DNA of 64,000 bases from an uncultured Pseudomonadota bacterium (GCA_963817155.1 CAWFNO010000012.1:67814-131813); one strand, 5' to 3'. Shown: positions 48,374 through 58,620, numbered from the stretch's first letter. A program made the numbers and translations. The notes: generated from the letters alone by a model not told the origin.

Positions 48374-49171
48374 TTAGCTGGTCTCGAATCGCATCCCGTC
48401 ATAAGCCGGCTCGATATGGTCCGGCAATTTCGCCCGCAGCGCTTCGTAATCGAGGTCGGCGTGCAGGTTGGTGAGGATCGCCCGCTTCGGGTTTACGCGG
48501 CCGATCCAGGCGAGCGCCTCGTCGAGGTTCATGTGGCTCGGATGCGGCGCAAAGCGCAGCGCATCGACAATCCAGACGTCGAGCCTAGCCATCGCCGGCA
48601 GGCTCGCCGGCGGCAGCGCCTTGATATCGGCGGAATAGGCGACTTTGCCGAAGCGGAAGCCGAGCGAGGCGATATCGCCATGCTCCTGCAGCACCGGCAG
48701 CGCCTCGATCGGGCCGCCCTGCCCGCCGATGCGCAGCGCCTGGCCAGGCACCAGCCGGTGCTCGCTCACGATCGCCGGATATTCGCTGCCGGGCGGACTG
48801 GCAAAACAGTAGCTGAAACGCGCTCGCATGATTTCCGAGGTCGCCGCGTCGACGTAAACATCGACGCGGCGGCGCTTTTTCACGAACAGCGGACGCAGAT
48901 CGTCGATGCCGTGGGTGTGATCGGCGTGCTCGTGGGTGAACAACACGCCGTCGGCCCAGTCGACCTGGGCATCGAGGAGCTGCTCTCGCAGATCCGGCGT
49001 GCAATCCACCAGCACGCGGGTAACGCCCTCGGTGCCTTCGCGCTCGACCAGCAGCGAGCAGCGCCGGCGGCGGTTTTTCGGATTGTTCGGATCGCAGGCG
49101 CCCCAGCCAAGCGCCACCCGCGGCACGCCCATGGACGAGCCGCAGCCGAGAATGGTGAAGGTGAGGCTCAT
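48374..49171 (-). CDS. MBL-fold metallohydrolase (PhnP-like)
   Basis: ILGCGSSMGVP, THEHADHTHG motif; follows tatD. Confidence 0.9.
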   Translation of the reverse strand: MSLTFTILGCGSSMGVPRVALGWGACDPNNPKNRRRRCSLLVEREGTEGVTRVLVDCTPDLREQLLDAQVDWADGVLFTHEHADHTHGIDDLRPLFVKKRRRVDVYVDAATSEIMRARFSYCFASPPGSEYPAIVSEHRLVPGQALRIGGQGGPIEALPVLQEHGDIASLGFRFGKVAYSADIKALPPASLPAMARLDVWIVDALRFAPHPSHMNLDEALAWIGRVNPKRAILTNLHADLDYEALRAKLPDHIEPAYDGMRFETS

Positions 49172-49962
49172 GCGGCGTTCGCCAGCGTGCGCGGCACCTT
49201 GCTGAACAGCCGGAAGAAATTTTCCGTGGTTTGCTGTGCAATCTCGTCCAGCGAAATGCCACGCGTTTCCGCCAGAACCTTGGCGGTTTCCACCGTATAG
49301 GCCGGCTCGCAGCGTTTGCCGCGGTACGGCAGCGGCGCAAGATAGGGCGCGTCGGTCTCGACCAGAATGCGGTCGGCGGGAAGATCCATGGCGATGGCGC
49401 GCAGATCGTCGGAACGCTTGAAGGTAAGAATGCCGGTGAAGGAAACATGCAGCCCAAGCTCGATGCCCTTGAACGCCAATTCGCGGCCGCCAGTGAAGCA
49501 ATGCAGAACTGCGGGGAAGGCGCCCTTCCCCGTTTCCTCTTCCAGAATTTTTGCCATGTCGGCGTCGCAGGCGCGCGAATGGATAACCAGCGGCAGGCCG
49601 GTTTCGCGCGCTGCGGCGATGTGTTGGCGGAAGCTTGCGGCTTGAGCGTCACGCGTGCCGGTGTCGTAATGATAGTCGAGGCCCGCTTCGCCTATGGCGA
49701 CGATTTTCGGATGTTTTGCCATTTCCATAAGCATTTTGGCGTCGACTTCGGGCTCCTCGGAGGAATAATGCGGATGGGTGCCGACCGAGCAGAAGATATC
49801 GGGAAATTTCTCCGCCACGGCAAGCACTTGCGCGTGCTGACGCACTCGCGCCGAGATCGTCACGATGCGGGCGATGCCGGCGGCGCGGGCCCGCGCCACC
49901 ACGGCGTCGAGTTCGCTGGCGAAATCGGGGAAGTCCAGATGGCAGTGGCTATCGACAAGCAT
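49168..49962 (-). CDS. tatD: TatD family hydrolase
   Basis: DSHCHL, GTHPH, IGEAGLDY, IHSR, LHCF, ETDAPY. Confidence 0.95.
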   Translation of the reverse strand: MLVDSHCHLDFPDFASELDAVVARARAAGIARIVTISARVRQHAQVLAVAEKFPDIFCSVGTHPHYSSEEPEVDAKMLMEMAKHPKIVAIGEAGLDYHYDTGTRDAQAASFRQHIAAARETGLPLVIHSRACDADMAKILEEETGKGAFPAVLHCFTGGRELAFKGIELGLHVSFTGILTFKRSDDLRAIAMDLPADRILVETDAPYLAPLPYRGKRCEPAYTVETAKVLAETRGISLDEIAQQTTENFFRLFSKVPRTLANAA

Positions 49963-49964
49963 TG

Positions 49965-51530
49965 TCAGGCGCTTTTTGAATCGGTTTCCGGTTCGACATA
50001 GCGCGGGAACATCGGCGAAGGCGGCGGCAACATCGTGCCCGGAGCTATGCGTTTCTTGCCATCAAGCTCCGAGAAACCGCGTTCCTCGGGCGGAACAGCG
50101 AGAAGCTCGAGAAGTTTCGCCGCCGAGGACGGCACGAAAGGCTGCGCCATGATGGCCACGCATCGCAAGACCTCGGCTGTGACGTAAAGCACCGTCCCCT
50201 GCCGCTTCGGGTCGGTCTTGGCCAGCGCCCACGGCGCTTCCGATGCGAAATAGCGGTTAGCGTCGGCGATTACCACCCATACCGCGTTGAGCACTTGGTG
50301 CAACTGCTGCGTCTTCATGTGCTCGCGCGCGGTGCCAATCATGTCGTCGGCGGCGACCAAGATCGTCTTGTCGGTCGCGCTGAATTCGCCCGGCGCCGGC
50401 AGCTTGCCGCCGAACTGCTTGCCGATCATGGTCAGCGAGCGCTGCGCGAGGTTTCCCAGGTCGTTGGCCAGATCGGCGTTGATGCGGTTGACGATCGCCT
50501 CGTGGCTGTAATTGCCGTCCTGGCCGAATGGCACCTCGCGCAAAAAGAAATAGCGCAGCGGATCGACGCCATAAGCGTCCGCCAGTGCGAACGGATCGAT
50601 GACATTGCCGACCGACTTCGACATTTTCTCGCCGCGGTTGAACAGGAAGCCGTGCGAGAAAATGCGTTTCGGCACGGCGATCCCCGCCGACATCAGAAAC
50701 GCCGGCCAATAGACCGCGTGGAAGCGCACGATGTCCTTGCCGATGACGTGCAGCGCCGCCGGCCAATAGCGCTTGAACATCGCGCCCTTGTCGTCGGGAA
50801 ACCCGACGCCGGTGATGTAATTGGTGAGAGCATCGACCCACACATACATGATGTGCTTGTCGGAGCCGGGCACACGCACGCCCCAGTCGAAGGTGGTGCG
50901 CGAGATCGACAGATCCTGCAAGCCGCCGCGCACGAAGCTCGCGACCTCGTTTAGCCGCTCTTTCGGCAGCACGAAATTCGGCTGCTCGTACAGCTTGAGC
51001 AATTTTTCCTGGTAGGCCGAGAGCCGGAAGAAGTAGCTTTCCTCCTCCACCCATTCGACCGGCGTGCCGGTCTTCGACGACACGCGCACCTTTTGCTCGT
51101 TGAGATGCGTCTCATCCTCGGCGTAATAGGCTTCGTCGCGCACCGAATACCATCCGGCGTATTTGTCGAGGTAGATGTCGCCATTCTTCTCCATGCGCCG
51201 CCAGATTTCCTCCGAAGAACGGTGATGGCGCTCTTCGGTCGTATGGATGAATTCGTCGTTGGAGCATTCGAGCCGCTTCACCATTTTCTCGAAGAGCGGC
51301 ACGTTGCGGTCGCGCAGCTGCCGCGCGGTCAGGCCCTCGCGCGCTGCGGTCTGCTGCATTTTCATCCCGTGTTCGTCGGTGCCCGTGAGGAAATAGACGT
51401 CGTAGCCATCGAGCCGCATGAAGCGGGCAATGGCATCGGTGGCGATCGCCTCATAGGCGTGGCCGATATGCGGCGGCCCGTTCGGATAGGAGATCGCGGT
51501 GGTGATGTAGAAGGGCTGTTTGTCCGGCAT
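49965..51530 (-). CDS. metG: Methionine--tRNA ligase
   Basis: [27 protein letters not shown]. Confidence 0.97.
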   Translation of the reverse strand: MPDKQPFYITTAISYPNGPPHIGHAYEAIATDAIARFMRLDGYDVYFLTGTDEHGMKMQQTAAREGLTARQLRDRNVPLFEKMVKRLECSNDEFIHTTEERHHRSSEEIWRRMEKNGDIYLDKYAGWYSVRDEAYYAEDETHLNEQKVRVSSKTGTPVEWVEEESYFFRLSAYQEKLLKLYEQPNFVLPKERLNEVASFVRGGLQDLSISRTTFDWGVRVPGSDKHIMYVWVDALTNYITGVGFPDDKGAMFKRYWPAALHVIGKDIVRFHAVYWPAFLMSAGIAVPKRIFSHGFLFNRGEKMSKSVGNVIDPFALADAYGVDPLRYFFLREVPFGQDGNYSHEAIVNRINADLANDLGNLAQRSLTMIGKQFGGKLPAPGEFSATDKTILVAADDMIGTAREHMKTQQLHQVLNAVWVVIADANRYFASEAPWALAKTDPKRQGTVLYVTAEVLRCVAIMAQPFVPSSAAKLLELLAVPPEERGFSELDGKKRIAPGTMLPPPSPMFPRYVEPETDSKSA

Positions 51531-51549
51531 TTTCGGCTTTATTGAAAAA

Positions 51550-51581
51550 CGTGGATGGCCGGGGCACGCCTGGCCATGACG
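51550..51581. repeat. REP-like palindrome of Bradyrhizobium/Rhodopseudomonas type
   Basis: CGTGGATGGCCGGGGCACGCCTGGCCATGACG with ATGGCC...GGCCAT arms; resembles the recalled GTGGATGGCCGGGTCAAGCCCGGCCATGAC repeat. Confidence 0.6.
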
Positions 51582-51686
51582 AGGCTGGGCTTAGGTATCA
51601 ACCCCTCGCCGCCTCGGCAAGCAAGCCAAAACGCCGGGAATCGGAACGCCATCCGCTTTATTGCGCTCTGGCCAACGAGACCCGCG

Positions 51687-52223
51687 ATGTTCAGCGCCAC
51701 GCTCGGCACCCGACGTTATACGTTTCTGGAGCTCAAGAAGCTGCTCGTCATGGCTACGCCCTTGCGCAGCGGCGATGCGCTGGCCGGGCTTACGGCGGGG
51801 AGCGGCGAGGAACGCGTGGCGGCGCAATTTGCCCTCGCCGATCATGCGGCGCCTGTCCTGCTTTCGGTGCGCGTGCTGCTGCGCAAGGAAGCCTGGCGCA
51901 TCGCGCCGGTGATCCTGGTGCGAAACGGGCGTGTCGGGATCGGCGATGAAATCGCCGCCGTGCTGGGCGCGACCTGCGCGGTAGTGCTGATCGGCGAGCG
52001 GCCGGGCCTGTCGGCGCCGGACAGCATCGGCGCCTACCTCAGGGAACCAAGGCCGGAGACGACCCCCGCGGAGCGCAATTGCATTTCCAATATCCGTCCC
52101 GACGGCATCGGCTACGCCGACGCCGCCGAAAAGATTGTGCATCTACTGCGCGCCATGCAGGCGCCGCGACTATCGGGGGTCCGGCTCAAGGACGATTTCG
52201 ATCGCAATTTGATCGGCCGGTGA
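51687..52223 (+). pseudogene. EutB(N-term)::EutC(C-term) in-frame deletion chimera (ethanolamine ammonia-lyase relic)
   Basis: The first ~52 aa (ATPLRSGD.LAG...EERVAAQFALAD) match the EutB N-terminus. The rest (GRVGIGDEI, LIGERPGLS..DS.GAYL, ERNCISNIR, SGV.LKD) matches the EutC C-terminal half. Confidence 0.8.
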
Positions 52224-52234
52224 TGTGCGGCCGG

Positions 52235-52444
52235 CTACTTCATGCCCACGCATTTCTTCACGAAATCAGCGCGCTCTTCCATCTTGATATTGGAGTCCAT
52301 CGCCTTCTTGTCGCAAGCGCGCATTTTGTCCGCATCGCCCGCCGGCATCATCTTGTCCGGCGCTGACGCTTTCATCGGCTTGGGGGCCTGGGCCGATGCG
52401 GCGAGCAGCGCGGCCGCCAATATGGACAGGATCGGGCGGCGCAT
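52235..52444 (-). CDS. Small secreted protein with one PsiF-like repeat
   Basis: Signal peptide (AQA) plus KMRAC...ERADFVKKC two-Cys motif; GGAGG RBS. Confidence 0.65.
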   Translation of the reverse strand: MRRPILSILAAALLAASAQAPKPMKASAPDKMMPAGDADKMRACDKKAMDSNIKMEERADFVKKCVGMK

Positions 52445-52500
52445 GGCGGACCTCCGTTTGCTATAGTCGCGCGAACAATTCTATTCCATTTATGAGTCGC

Positions 52501-53334
52501 ATGGCAGAATTTTTGCCGCCGCAGCGCCGCGCAGCGACCAGCCTGCTGGCTGCGCTGGCGATTGTCGCTGTGACCGCGGCGGCAAACGCGCAGGGCCGCC
52601 TCTTGGCGCATTATACCATCACCATGACTGGCATCACGATCGGGCAGATCGTCTGGCTGGTGGACATCGGCGACAAGACCTATTCCGCATCGGCGATCGG
52701 CAAGGCAAGCGGCGTGCTCAGCATGCTGGTGAGCGGCGAAGGCGCGGTGGCAACGCACGGCATTGTCGCCGACGGACGCCTCGATCCGTCCTACTTCACG
52801 TCCGACATCACCGACGACGACGGCGCGACCTCATTGCGCATGATCTTTGCCGGCGGCACGGTGACGGAAACGATCGCGCCCGAGCCACCGCGGCGGCCGG
52901 GCCGTCTGCCGGTCAGCGAAGCCGACCGCCGCGGCGTCACCGACCCGCTTAGCGCGGTGCTGCTGGCGGAGAAGCCCGACGGCGATGCGCTCCTCCGCGC
53001 CAACTGCGACCGCCTGTTGCCGATTTACGACGGGCGGCGGCGTTATAATCTGTCGCTGTTCTATAACCGCGTGGAAAAATTCACCGCCGTGCGCGGCTAT
53101 TCGGGGCCGGCGCTGGTGTGCGGCGTCATGCTCGAGCCGATCGCCGGCTATCTCGCCGAAAGCCTGCTGGTCAAATACATCGCCGGCAAGCGCGACATGG
53201 AATTGTGGTTCGCGCCGATCGCCGGCACCGGCATTGTCGCGCCGGTGCGCGTGGTCATGCCGACGCTGATCGGCACGTTGAAAATCCAGGCCGACCTGTT
53301 CGAATCGCAGGCGGCGAATGCGGCGCCGCGCTGA
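52501..53334 (+). CDS. DUF3108 family exported protein
   Basis: Signal-like N-terminus; DPLSA, C..LPIYDGRRRYNL, C...PIAGY pattern. Confidence 0.78.
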   Translation: MAEFLPPQRRAATSLLAALAIVAVTAAANAQGRLLAHYTITMTGITIGQIVWLVDIGDKTYSASAIGKASGVLSMLVSGEGAVATHGIVADGRLDPSYFTSDITDDDGATSLRMIFAGGTVTETIAPEPPRRPGRLPVSEADRRGVTDPLSAVLLAEKPDGDALLRANCDRLLPIYDGRRRYNLSLFYNRVEKFTAVRGYSGPALVCGVMLEPIAGYLAESLLVKYIAGKRDMELWFAPIAGTGIVAPVRVVMPTLIGTLKIQADLFESQAANAAPR

Positions 53335-53449
53335 TTGCGCCCTCGCGGTTTTTCCCGATGACACGGCGCCGCGGCGCGCCCTATTGCGGGGAGCAGCGCT
53401 TTTCGTCAAAGAGGCGCTTGGCTTGGCGCGGCAAACCGGATGCAGGCAC

Positions 53450-54097
53450 ATGGCGGCAACTCAGATATGGCTCTCCAGTCTAGCGGCGACCGCCGCGGCG
53501 TCGGTGATTTCTTATGCGTGGCTTGATCGGCCGATTGCATTATTCATCCATTCGCAGTTTCCCCGGCCCGACAAATTCGAGAAACTAACGCTTATCCCCG
53601 ATCCGTTCATTGCCGTGGCGGTTTTGATCTTTGTCGGCCTCGGCCTATATGTCTTGGCCGGCCATAGCCTGGCGAAAATGCGGGTGACCGCCCTACTGTG
53701 CTGCATTAGCGTCGTCGCCGCCGAGGCAACCAAAAACCAACTCAAATATGTCTTCGGGCGGACTTGGCCCGATACTTGGCTGGGGGACAATCCCTCGTTC
53801 CTGCATGACGGCGTCTATGGCTTCAACTTGTTCCACGGCGGCGCGAGCTACGCAGCGTTTCCATCGGGGCACCTGTCGGTAACCGCCGCGGTGGTCTCCG
53901 TGCTGTGGATGACCTATCCGCAATGGCGCGCGCTTTACGCGCTGATCGTTGCTGCCGTGGCCGTCGCCCTCGTCGGCGCCAATTATCATTTTCTCAGCGA
54001 CATCATCGCCGGCGCTTTTGTCGGCGTCTCCACCGGGTGGATGACGGCCGCGCTGTGGCGGTCAGGCCAGGAGTTGCGCGCCTTGCCCGCAGTTTAG
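53450..54097 (+). CDS. PAP2-family membrane phosphatase
   Basis: K...GRTWP, FPSGH, HFLSDI.AG motifs. Confidence 0.88.
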   Translation: MAATQIWLSSLAATAAASVISYAWLDRPIALFIHSQFPRPDKFEKLTLIPDPFIAVAVLIFVGLGLYVLAGHSLAKMRVTALLCCISVVAAEATKNQLKYVFGRTWPDTWLGDNPSFLHDGVYGFNLFHGGASYAAFPSGHLSVTAAVVSVLWMTYPQWRALYALIVAAVAVALVGANYHFLSDIIAGAFVGVSTGWMTAALWRSGQELRALPAV

Positions 54098-55131
54098 GCG
54101 CGTGCCGCCTCGGCGAGCAGGCCGAACACCGCAAACACCAGCGGCTTGCGTTCGAGATTATAAGTGTCGACGTCGCGCGCGGCTCGATTAATCTTGGCGG
54201 AAACCTGGGCGAGCCGCGCGAGTCGCTGCGTTTCCTGCCCGCCGCCGTGCAGCCGCGCCGCGAGCCAGGCATTGACCATGTCGACAAAGGCCGCGAGCGT
54301 GGCCGGCTCGCTGCCGCCCAAGCTATCGCCGAGCGCGTGCAGCGCGCGCGGGTCGGGATCTGGCACCTGCGCGAACAGGTCGAGCACGCGCTGGCGCAGC
54401 GCCAGCGCCTTGTCGTCGAGCAGGGCAATTGCCCGCGCCACGCTGCCGTCGGCGGCAGCGGCTGCCTCGCGCACCTCGTCCTCGTCCACCCCGCGCCCGG
54501 TGGCGGCGGCGATCGCGCGCACGACGTCGGCGGTCGCAAGCGGCCGCAGCAATAGCCGCCGGCATCGCGAGCGAATGGTCGGTAACAGCCGCGCCGGCGC
54601 ATCACTCACCATCAGCAGCAGCGCACGCGGCGGCGGCTCTTCGAGGATTTTAAGCAGCGCGTTCGCGGCTTGCGGGGATTGCAGCTCGTCGGCGTTGTCG
54701 ACGATGCAGACGCGCCAGCCGCCCTCGCCCGCGGTCGAGCCGAAGAACGAGACGGTGCGGCGCACGTCCTCGACGCGGATCACGGTGAACAGCTTGTCGG
54801 TTTTCTCGTTGATCACCCGCTCGAGCACCAAGAGATCGCCATGCGCCTGCGCCGCGACACGGCGAGCAACCGGGTCGTCGGGATCGAACGCGAGCGATTG
54901 CGCTATCTGTACTTCCACCACCGACGGGTCGGGATGCGCCAGCACGAAGCGCGCCAACCGATAGGCGAGCGTTGCCTTGCCGATGCCAGGTTCGCCGCCG
55001 ATCAGCCAGGCGTGCGGGATGCGTCCGCTTCTATAGGCCTCGAGCAGACTGCGTTCGGCCTCGGCATGGCCGAATAGCACGCCGGTTTCGCGCGGATGCA
55101 GGGTGTCGCGTTCACCGGCTTCGTCGCTCAT
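54094..55131 (-). CDS. holB: DNA polymerase III subunit delta'
   Basis: HAWL..G..GIGKATLA, AANALLKILEEPP, LPTIRSRC. Confidence 0.94.
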   Translation of the reverse strand: MSDEAGERDTLHPRETGVLFGHAEAERSLLEAYRSGRIPHAWLIGGEPGIGKATLAYRLARFVLAHPDPSVVEVQIAQSLAFDPDDPVARRVAAQAHGDLLVLERVINEKTDKLFTVIRVEDVRRTVSFFGSTAGEGGWRVCIVDNADELQSPQAANALLKILEEPPPRALLLMVSDAPARLLPTIRSRCRRLLLRPLATADVVRAIAAATGRGVDEDEVREAAAAADGSVARAIALLDDKALALRQRVLDLFAQVPDPDPRALHALGDSLGGSEPATLAAFVDMVNAWLAARLHGGGQETQRLARLAQVSAKINRAARDVDTYNLERKPLVFAVFGLLAEAARA

Positions 55132-55793
55132 GGCGCGGCCGTTTCGGCATGTTGCGCGGGGCCGGGATGCAGACGCTGCTCGACGATCTCCCAAATGCGC
55201 TGCGACACGACGTCGCGCGGCGCGCGGCCGTCGATGACCACACAGCGGATCGGCTCGCGCTCGGCCAACGCGCGGTAAGCATTGCGCAACTGCTCGTGAA
55301 ACTCGATCGCCTCTGTCTCATAGCGATCGGCTTCACCGGCGCCGCGCCGCGTCTTGGCACGCGCCAGACCGACCGTCGCCGGCACGTCGAGGATGAAGGT
55401 GAGATCAGGCACCGCGCGGCCGACGGTGATGCGCTCGAGGCTGCGGATCAATCGCGGATCGACCTGCCCGACGGTGCCCTGATAGACGCGGGTGGAATCG
55501 AAGAAGCGGTCGCAGATCACCCATTTGCCCGCGGCAATCGCCGGCAGGATCATGGTGCGGACGTGGTCGTCGCGCGCCGCCGCGAACAGGATCGCTTCGG
55601 TTTCCGGCCCGAGCGGCTTGGCCAGCCCCGAGAGCAAGATGTGGCGGATGATCTCGGCGCCGGGCGAGCCGCCCGGCTCGCGCGTGAGCACGGCGTTGAG
55701 GCCGACCGCCTTGAGCCGCTCGGCCAAAAGGAGCGCATGCGTAGACTTGCCGCTGCCCTCGCCGCCTTCGAAGGTGATGAATTGCCCGCGCAT
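55128..55793 (-). CDS. tmk: Thymidylate kinase
   Basis: FITFEGGEGSGKST, TREPGG, CDRF.DST.VYQG. Confidence 0.96.
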   Translation of the reverse strand: MRGQFITFEGGEGSGKSTHALLLAERLKAVGLNAVLTREPGGSPGAEIIRHILLSGLAKPLGPETEAILFAAARDDHVRTMILPAIAAGKWVICDRFFDSTRVYQGTVGQVDPRLIRSLERITVGRAVPDLTFILDVPATVGLARAKTRRGAGEADRYETEAIEFHEQLRNAYRALAEREPIRCVVIDGRAPRDVVSQRIWEIVEQRLHPGPAQHAETAAP

Positions 55794-55831
55794 CTACTTT
55801 CGTTCCGGTCCCCGCCTTGGCGGAAGGCCAA

Positions 55832-57097
55832 TCATAGCCGCTCGGCGCCGGCGCGGAACAGGCCGATCATCAATTCGGTGACGGCATCGACAGCGCGCTG
55901 CGAAATGTTGCCCTTGCCGACGCTGGTCGCGGTCTTGACCGGCGTCTCCAGCACCAGATTGTCATTGCGCCAGACCTTGAGCGTGCCGACCGGCAGGCCC
56001 TCTTGTACCGGCGCCGGCACTGGGCCCGAATAAACAATGCGCGCGACCAGTTTCTCACCGCCCGCTTTCGGCACCATGATGCGCACGGGGCCCGACGCCA
56101 CCAGCGGCACGTGTCCCGTCGCGCCGCCATAGACTCTGGCGGCGCCGATGGTCTGGCCTTTAGCGAACAGCAGGCGCATCTCGAAATTATGGAAGCCCCA
56201 CTCGAGCAGCTTCCTGCCCTCTTCCGCGCGTTCCTTTGTGGTCTTGAGCCCATTGACCACCGCGATCAGCCGCAAGCCGTTCTGCACCGCCGAGCCGACC
56301 AGCCCATAGCCCGCATCTTTGGTGAAACCGGTTTTCAGCCCGTCGGCGCCGATGGCCATCGGCAAAAGCGGATTGCGGTTCTGCTGCTTGATCTTGTTCC
56401 AGGTGAATTCGGTCTGGCCGAAGATCGGATAAAAGTCCGGGTAATTGACGATGATCTGCCGCGCCAGCATCGCCAGTTCATGCGGCGTCACCTTCGTACC
56501 CGGATCGGGAAGGCCGTCGGAATTTGTGAAAGTGGATTTGGCGAGGCCGATCTCGCGCGCACGCTGCGTCAGCTTGGCGGAAAATTCGGCCTCGGTCCCG
56601 GCTAGCCCCTCCGCCAGAATGATGCAGGCGTCGTTGGCGGACTGGATGATGACGGCGTGCAGCAGGCTGTCGACGTCGACCTGGCTGTTGAGCGCCGCGA
56701 ACATGGTCGAGGTGTGCGATGGCGCGCCGCCCTTGCGCCAGGCGTTCTCGCTCACGGGGAATTCGTCGGTAAGCTTGAGCTTGCCCTCCTTGATGAGGTG
56801 CAGCACGTATTCGACAGTCATCAGCTTGGCCAGACTCGCCGGGTAGATGAGCTGTTCGGCATTGCGCTCGAACAGCACGCTGCCGTTCTCGGCCTCGATA
56901 AGGATCGCGTGCGTCGCGGAGATCGGCGGGTCGTCCTTGTCCCGTTTGACCGGAGCGGTCGCCGTGACCTTTTTCGGCGGCGGCTCTTTTTCCTTTTTTG
57001 GCGCGGCCAGCACACCGCCGGCGAAAGCGGCGGTCAATACGGCGGCCAGCAGGTTCGTTATGAAGGGACTATGCCGGCGAACCATCGTCCTGCTCAT
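55832..57097 (-). CDS. D-alanyl-D-alanine carboxypeptidase (peptidase S11)
   Basis: PASLAK (SxxK), SAN (SxN), KTG. Confidence 0.93.
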   Translation of the reverse strand: MSRTMVRRHSPFITNLLAAVLTAAFAGGVLAAPKKEKEPPPKKVTATAPVKRDKDDPPISATHAILIEAENGSVLFERNAEQLIYPASLAKLMTVEYVLHLIKEGKLKLTDEFPVSENAWRKGGAPSHTSTMFAALNSQVDVDSLLHAVIIQSANDACIILAEGLAGTEAEFSAKLTQRAREIGLAKSTFTNSDGLPDPGTKVTPHELAMLARQIIVNYPDFYPIFGQTEFTWNKIKQQNRNPLLPMAIGADGLKTGFTKDAGYGLVGSAVQNGLRLIAVVNGLKTTKERAEEGRKLLEWGFHNFEMRLLFAKGQTIGAARVYGGATGHVPLVASGPVRIMVPKAGGEKLVARIVYSGPVPAPVQEGLPVGTLKVWRNDNLVLETPVKTATSVGKGNISQRAVDAVTELMIGLFRAGAERL

Positions 57098-57168
57098 CCA
57101 TAGCGCGCGGATTTACGCTACCACGCGCTCGTTTGTTGCAAGCCGGCGGTTTGGCGGCGAATTGCGGC

Positions 57169-58056
57169 TCAGTAAAGGCCACGCCCGCGCATGACCGCGC
57201 CGCCATCATAACGCACGGGGGCATAGGCGGAAATCGGCGAGGCCTGAGGCTCGTCGGCGATGTGGACAGGTTGCGGGCGGGCAGCCGCGGCAAGCTCCAG
57301 CGTCGGAGCGGGCTGCGGAACAGCGGCAATCTCGCGCGGCCACTCGCCCAGGCGATAAGGCCGGTCGGGCGGCGCGGGAATCGGTCCGGCGATCCGGCTA
57401 ATCGGCCTCCGGTCGAACAGTTCCGGCACGAACGGCTTGTTCGAGGCGACGCGCACACCAGCTGCCGGCGAGCCTTCGCGCAAAGTCGCCTCCAGCTTGC
57501 GGTCGTCGGAACCGGCGAGCGGCGCGCGGCCGACATATTCGACTTTCACCTTGGCGAGACCCTCGCCGTAGAAGCCGAGGAGCTTGGCGGCCCGCACCGA
57601 CAGATCGATGACGCGGTCGCCGGCGTAAGGACCGCGGTCATTCACCCGCACGATGATGGAGCGGTGATTGGCGAGATCAGTGACGCGCACATAACACGGC
57701 AGGGGCAGCGTCGGGTGCGCCGCCGAGATCGAATTCATGTCGAAGATTTCACCGTTCGCGGTGTAGCGGCCGTGGAAATCGTCGCCGTACCAGGACGCCA
57801 TGCCGACGGCGCTGTAATTGGTGTTCTCTTGCGGGATGTAGGTGCGGCCGGCGACCTGATAGGGCTTGCCGACGCGATAGACCCCGCCGCCTTTCGGCAC
57901 CGGTTCGCCCGGCTCGACGACGCGGGCGCTGGCCGAAACGCCGTAGCGCGGATCGAGCTTGCCGGAGAGGCCGCCCGAGCAATTGGCCAGCGCCAGGCTT
58001 CCAAGACCGAGCGCACAGAGACGCACCAGCGCCCCAGCAGTCCCCCAAAATCTCAT
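57169..58056 (-). CDS. rlpA: Septal ring lytic transglycosylase RlpA-family lipoprotein
   Basis: Lipobox LANC, G.ASWYG, TANGE, AAHPTLP, VNDRGP; start could be 58089. Confidence 0.92.
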   Translation of the reverse strand: MRFWGTAGALVRLCALGLGSLALANCSGGLSGKLDPRYGVSASARVVEPGEPVPKGGGVYRVGKPYQVAGRTYIPQENTNYSAVGMASWYGDDFHGRYTANGEIFDMNSISAAHPTLPLPCYVRVTDLANHRSIIVRVNDRGPYAGDRVIDLSVRAAKLLGFYGEGLAKVKVEYVGRAPLAGSDDRKLEATLREGSPAAGVRVASNKPFVPELFDRRPISRIAGPIPAPPDRPYRLGEWPREIAAVPQPAPTLELAAAARPQPVHIADEPQASPISAYAPVRYDGGAVMRGRGLY

Positions 58057-58307
58057 GCGGCGTCCTGGTCCCCACTGCGAAGCGGCCATAATACCGTACC
58101 CCGGCCCGTTGCGGAATGCCAACCACTTGGACGTGGTCAACAATTCCTTCCACGTGGGTCTGTCCGAGGCCGGAACTGGCTAGCCAAGGCGGCGCGATCT
58201 TGCAAGTGCGGACGGCATTGGTCATTGGACTACACGCAGCGCCGGGAGACGGGACGGGTCTGGCCGGGTAGGCTTTGAATCAGCCGGCGGGGCTGGATTG
58301 TCTATAA

Positions 58308-58347
58308 GGATAAGGTGGCCGAGTGGTTTAAGGCACCGGCCTCGAAA
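58308..58347 (+). pseudogene. 5' half of a tRNA-Ser(CGA) gene, ending at the anticodon loop (att-like junction)
   Basis: GGATAAGG-TGGCCGAGTGGTTTAAGGC-A-CCGGC-CTCGAAA gives an acceptor 5' strand, a Ser-type D arm, the anticodon stem 5' strand and the loop. The next bases (TTCGT) cannot pair with CCGGC, and no T arm or CCA follows. Confidence 0.8.
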
Positions 58348-58620
58348 TTCGTTTTCGGTCATATCGGTTCGTGCCTCTCTGTATCGAAAGGTCCGGAATT
58401 TCAATCGCTTTCGACCAACTGTTAAACCTCTTGTCCTCGCTCGTACCGGGCTCTGCTACCGAGTTGGGTAGCAAAATGATAGCAAGTTGTTCGGGCTTCG
58501 TTCGGCTGCGTCAACTCGATGGCCAAGCGCCCCTGCAATCTTTCGGGCGCAGATTTCACGAGTGAAATGGAGTTGATCATCAGCCTGGGGGAGTGAGGCT
58601 GCCGACCAAACAAGTAATTG

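Noticed and set aside
47379-49962. mazG, MBL hydrolase and TatD as a defence system
   Set aside because: These are housekeeping versions in conserved synteny with hflX and metG, with host-like GC.
49965-51530. Short MetRS lacking Zn-knuckle cysteines and the C-terminal domain
   Set aside because: This is the usual form in alphaproteobacteria.
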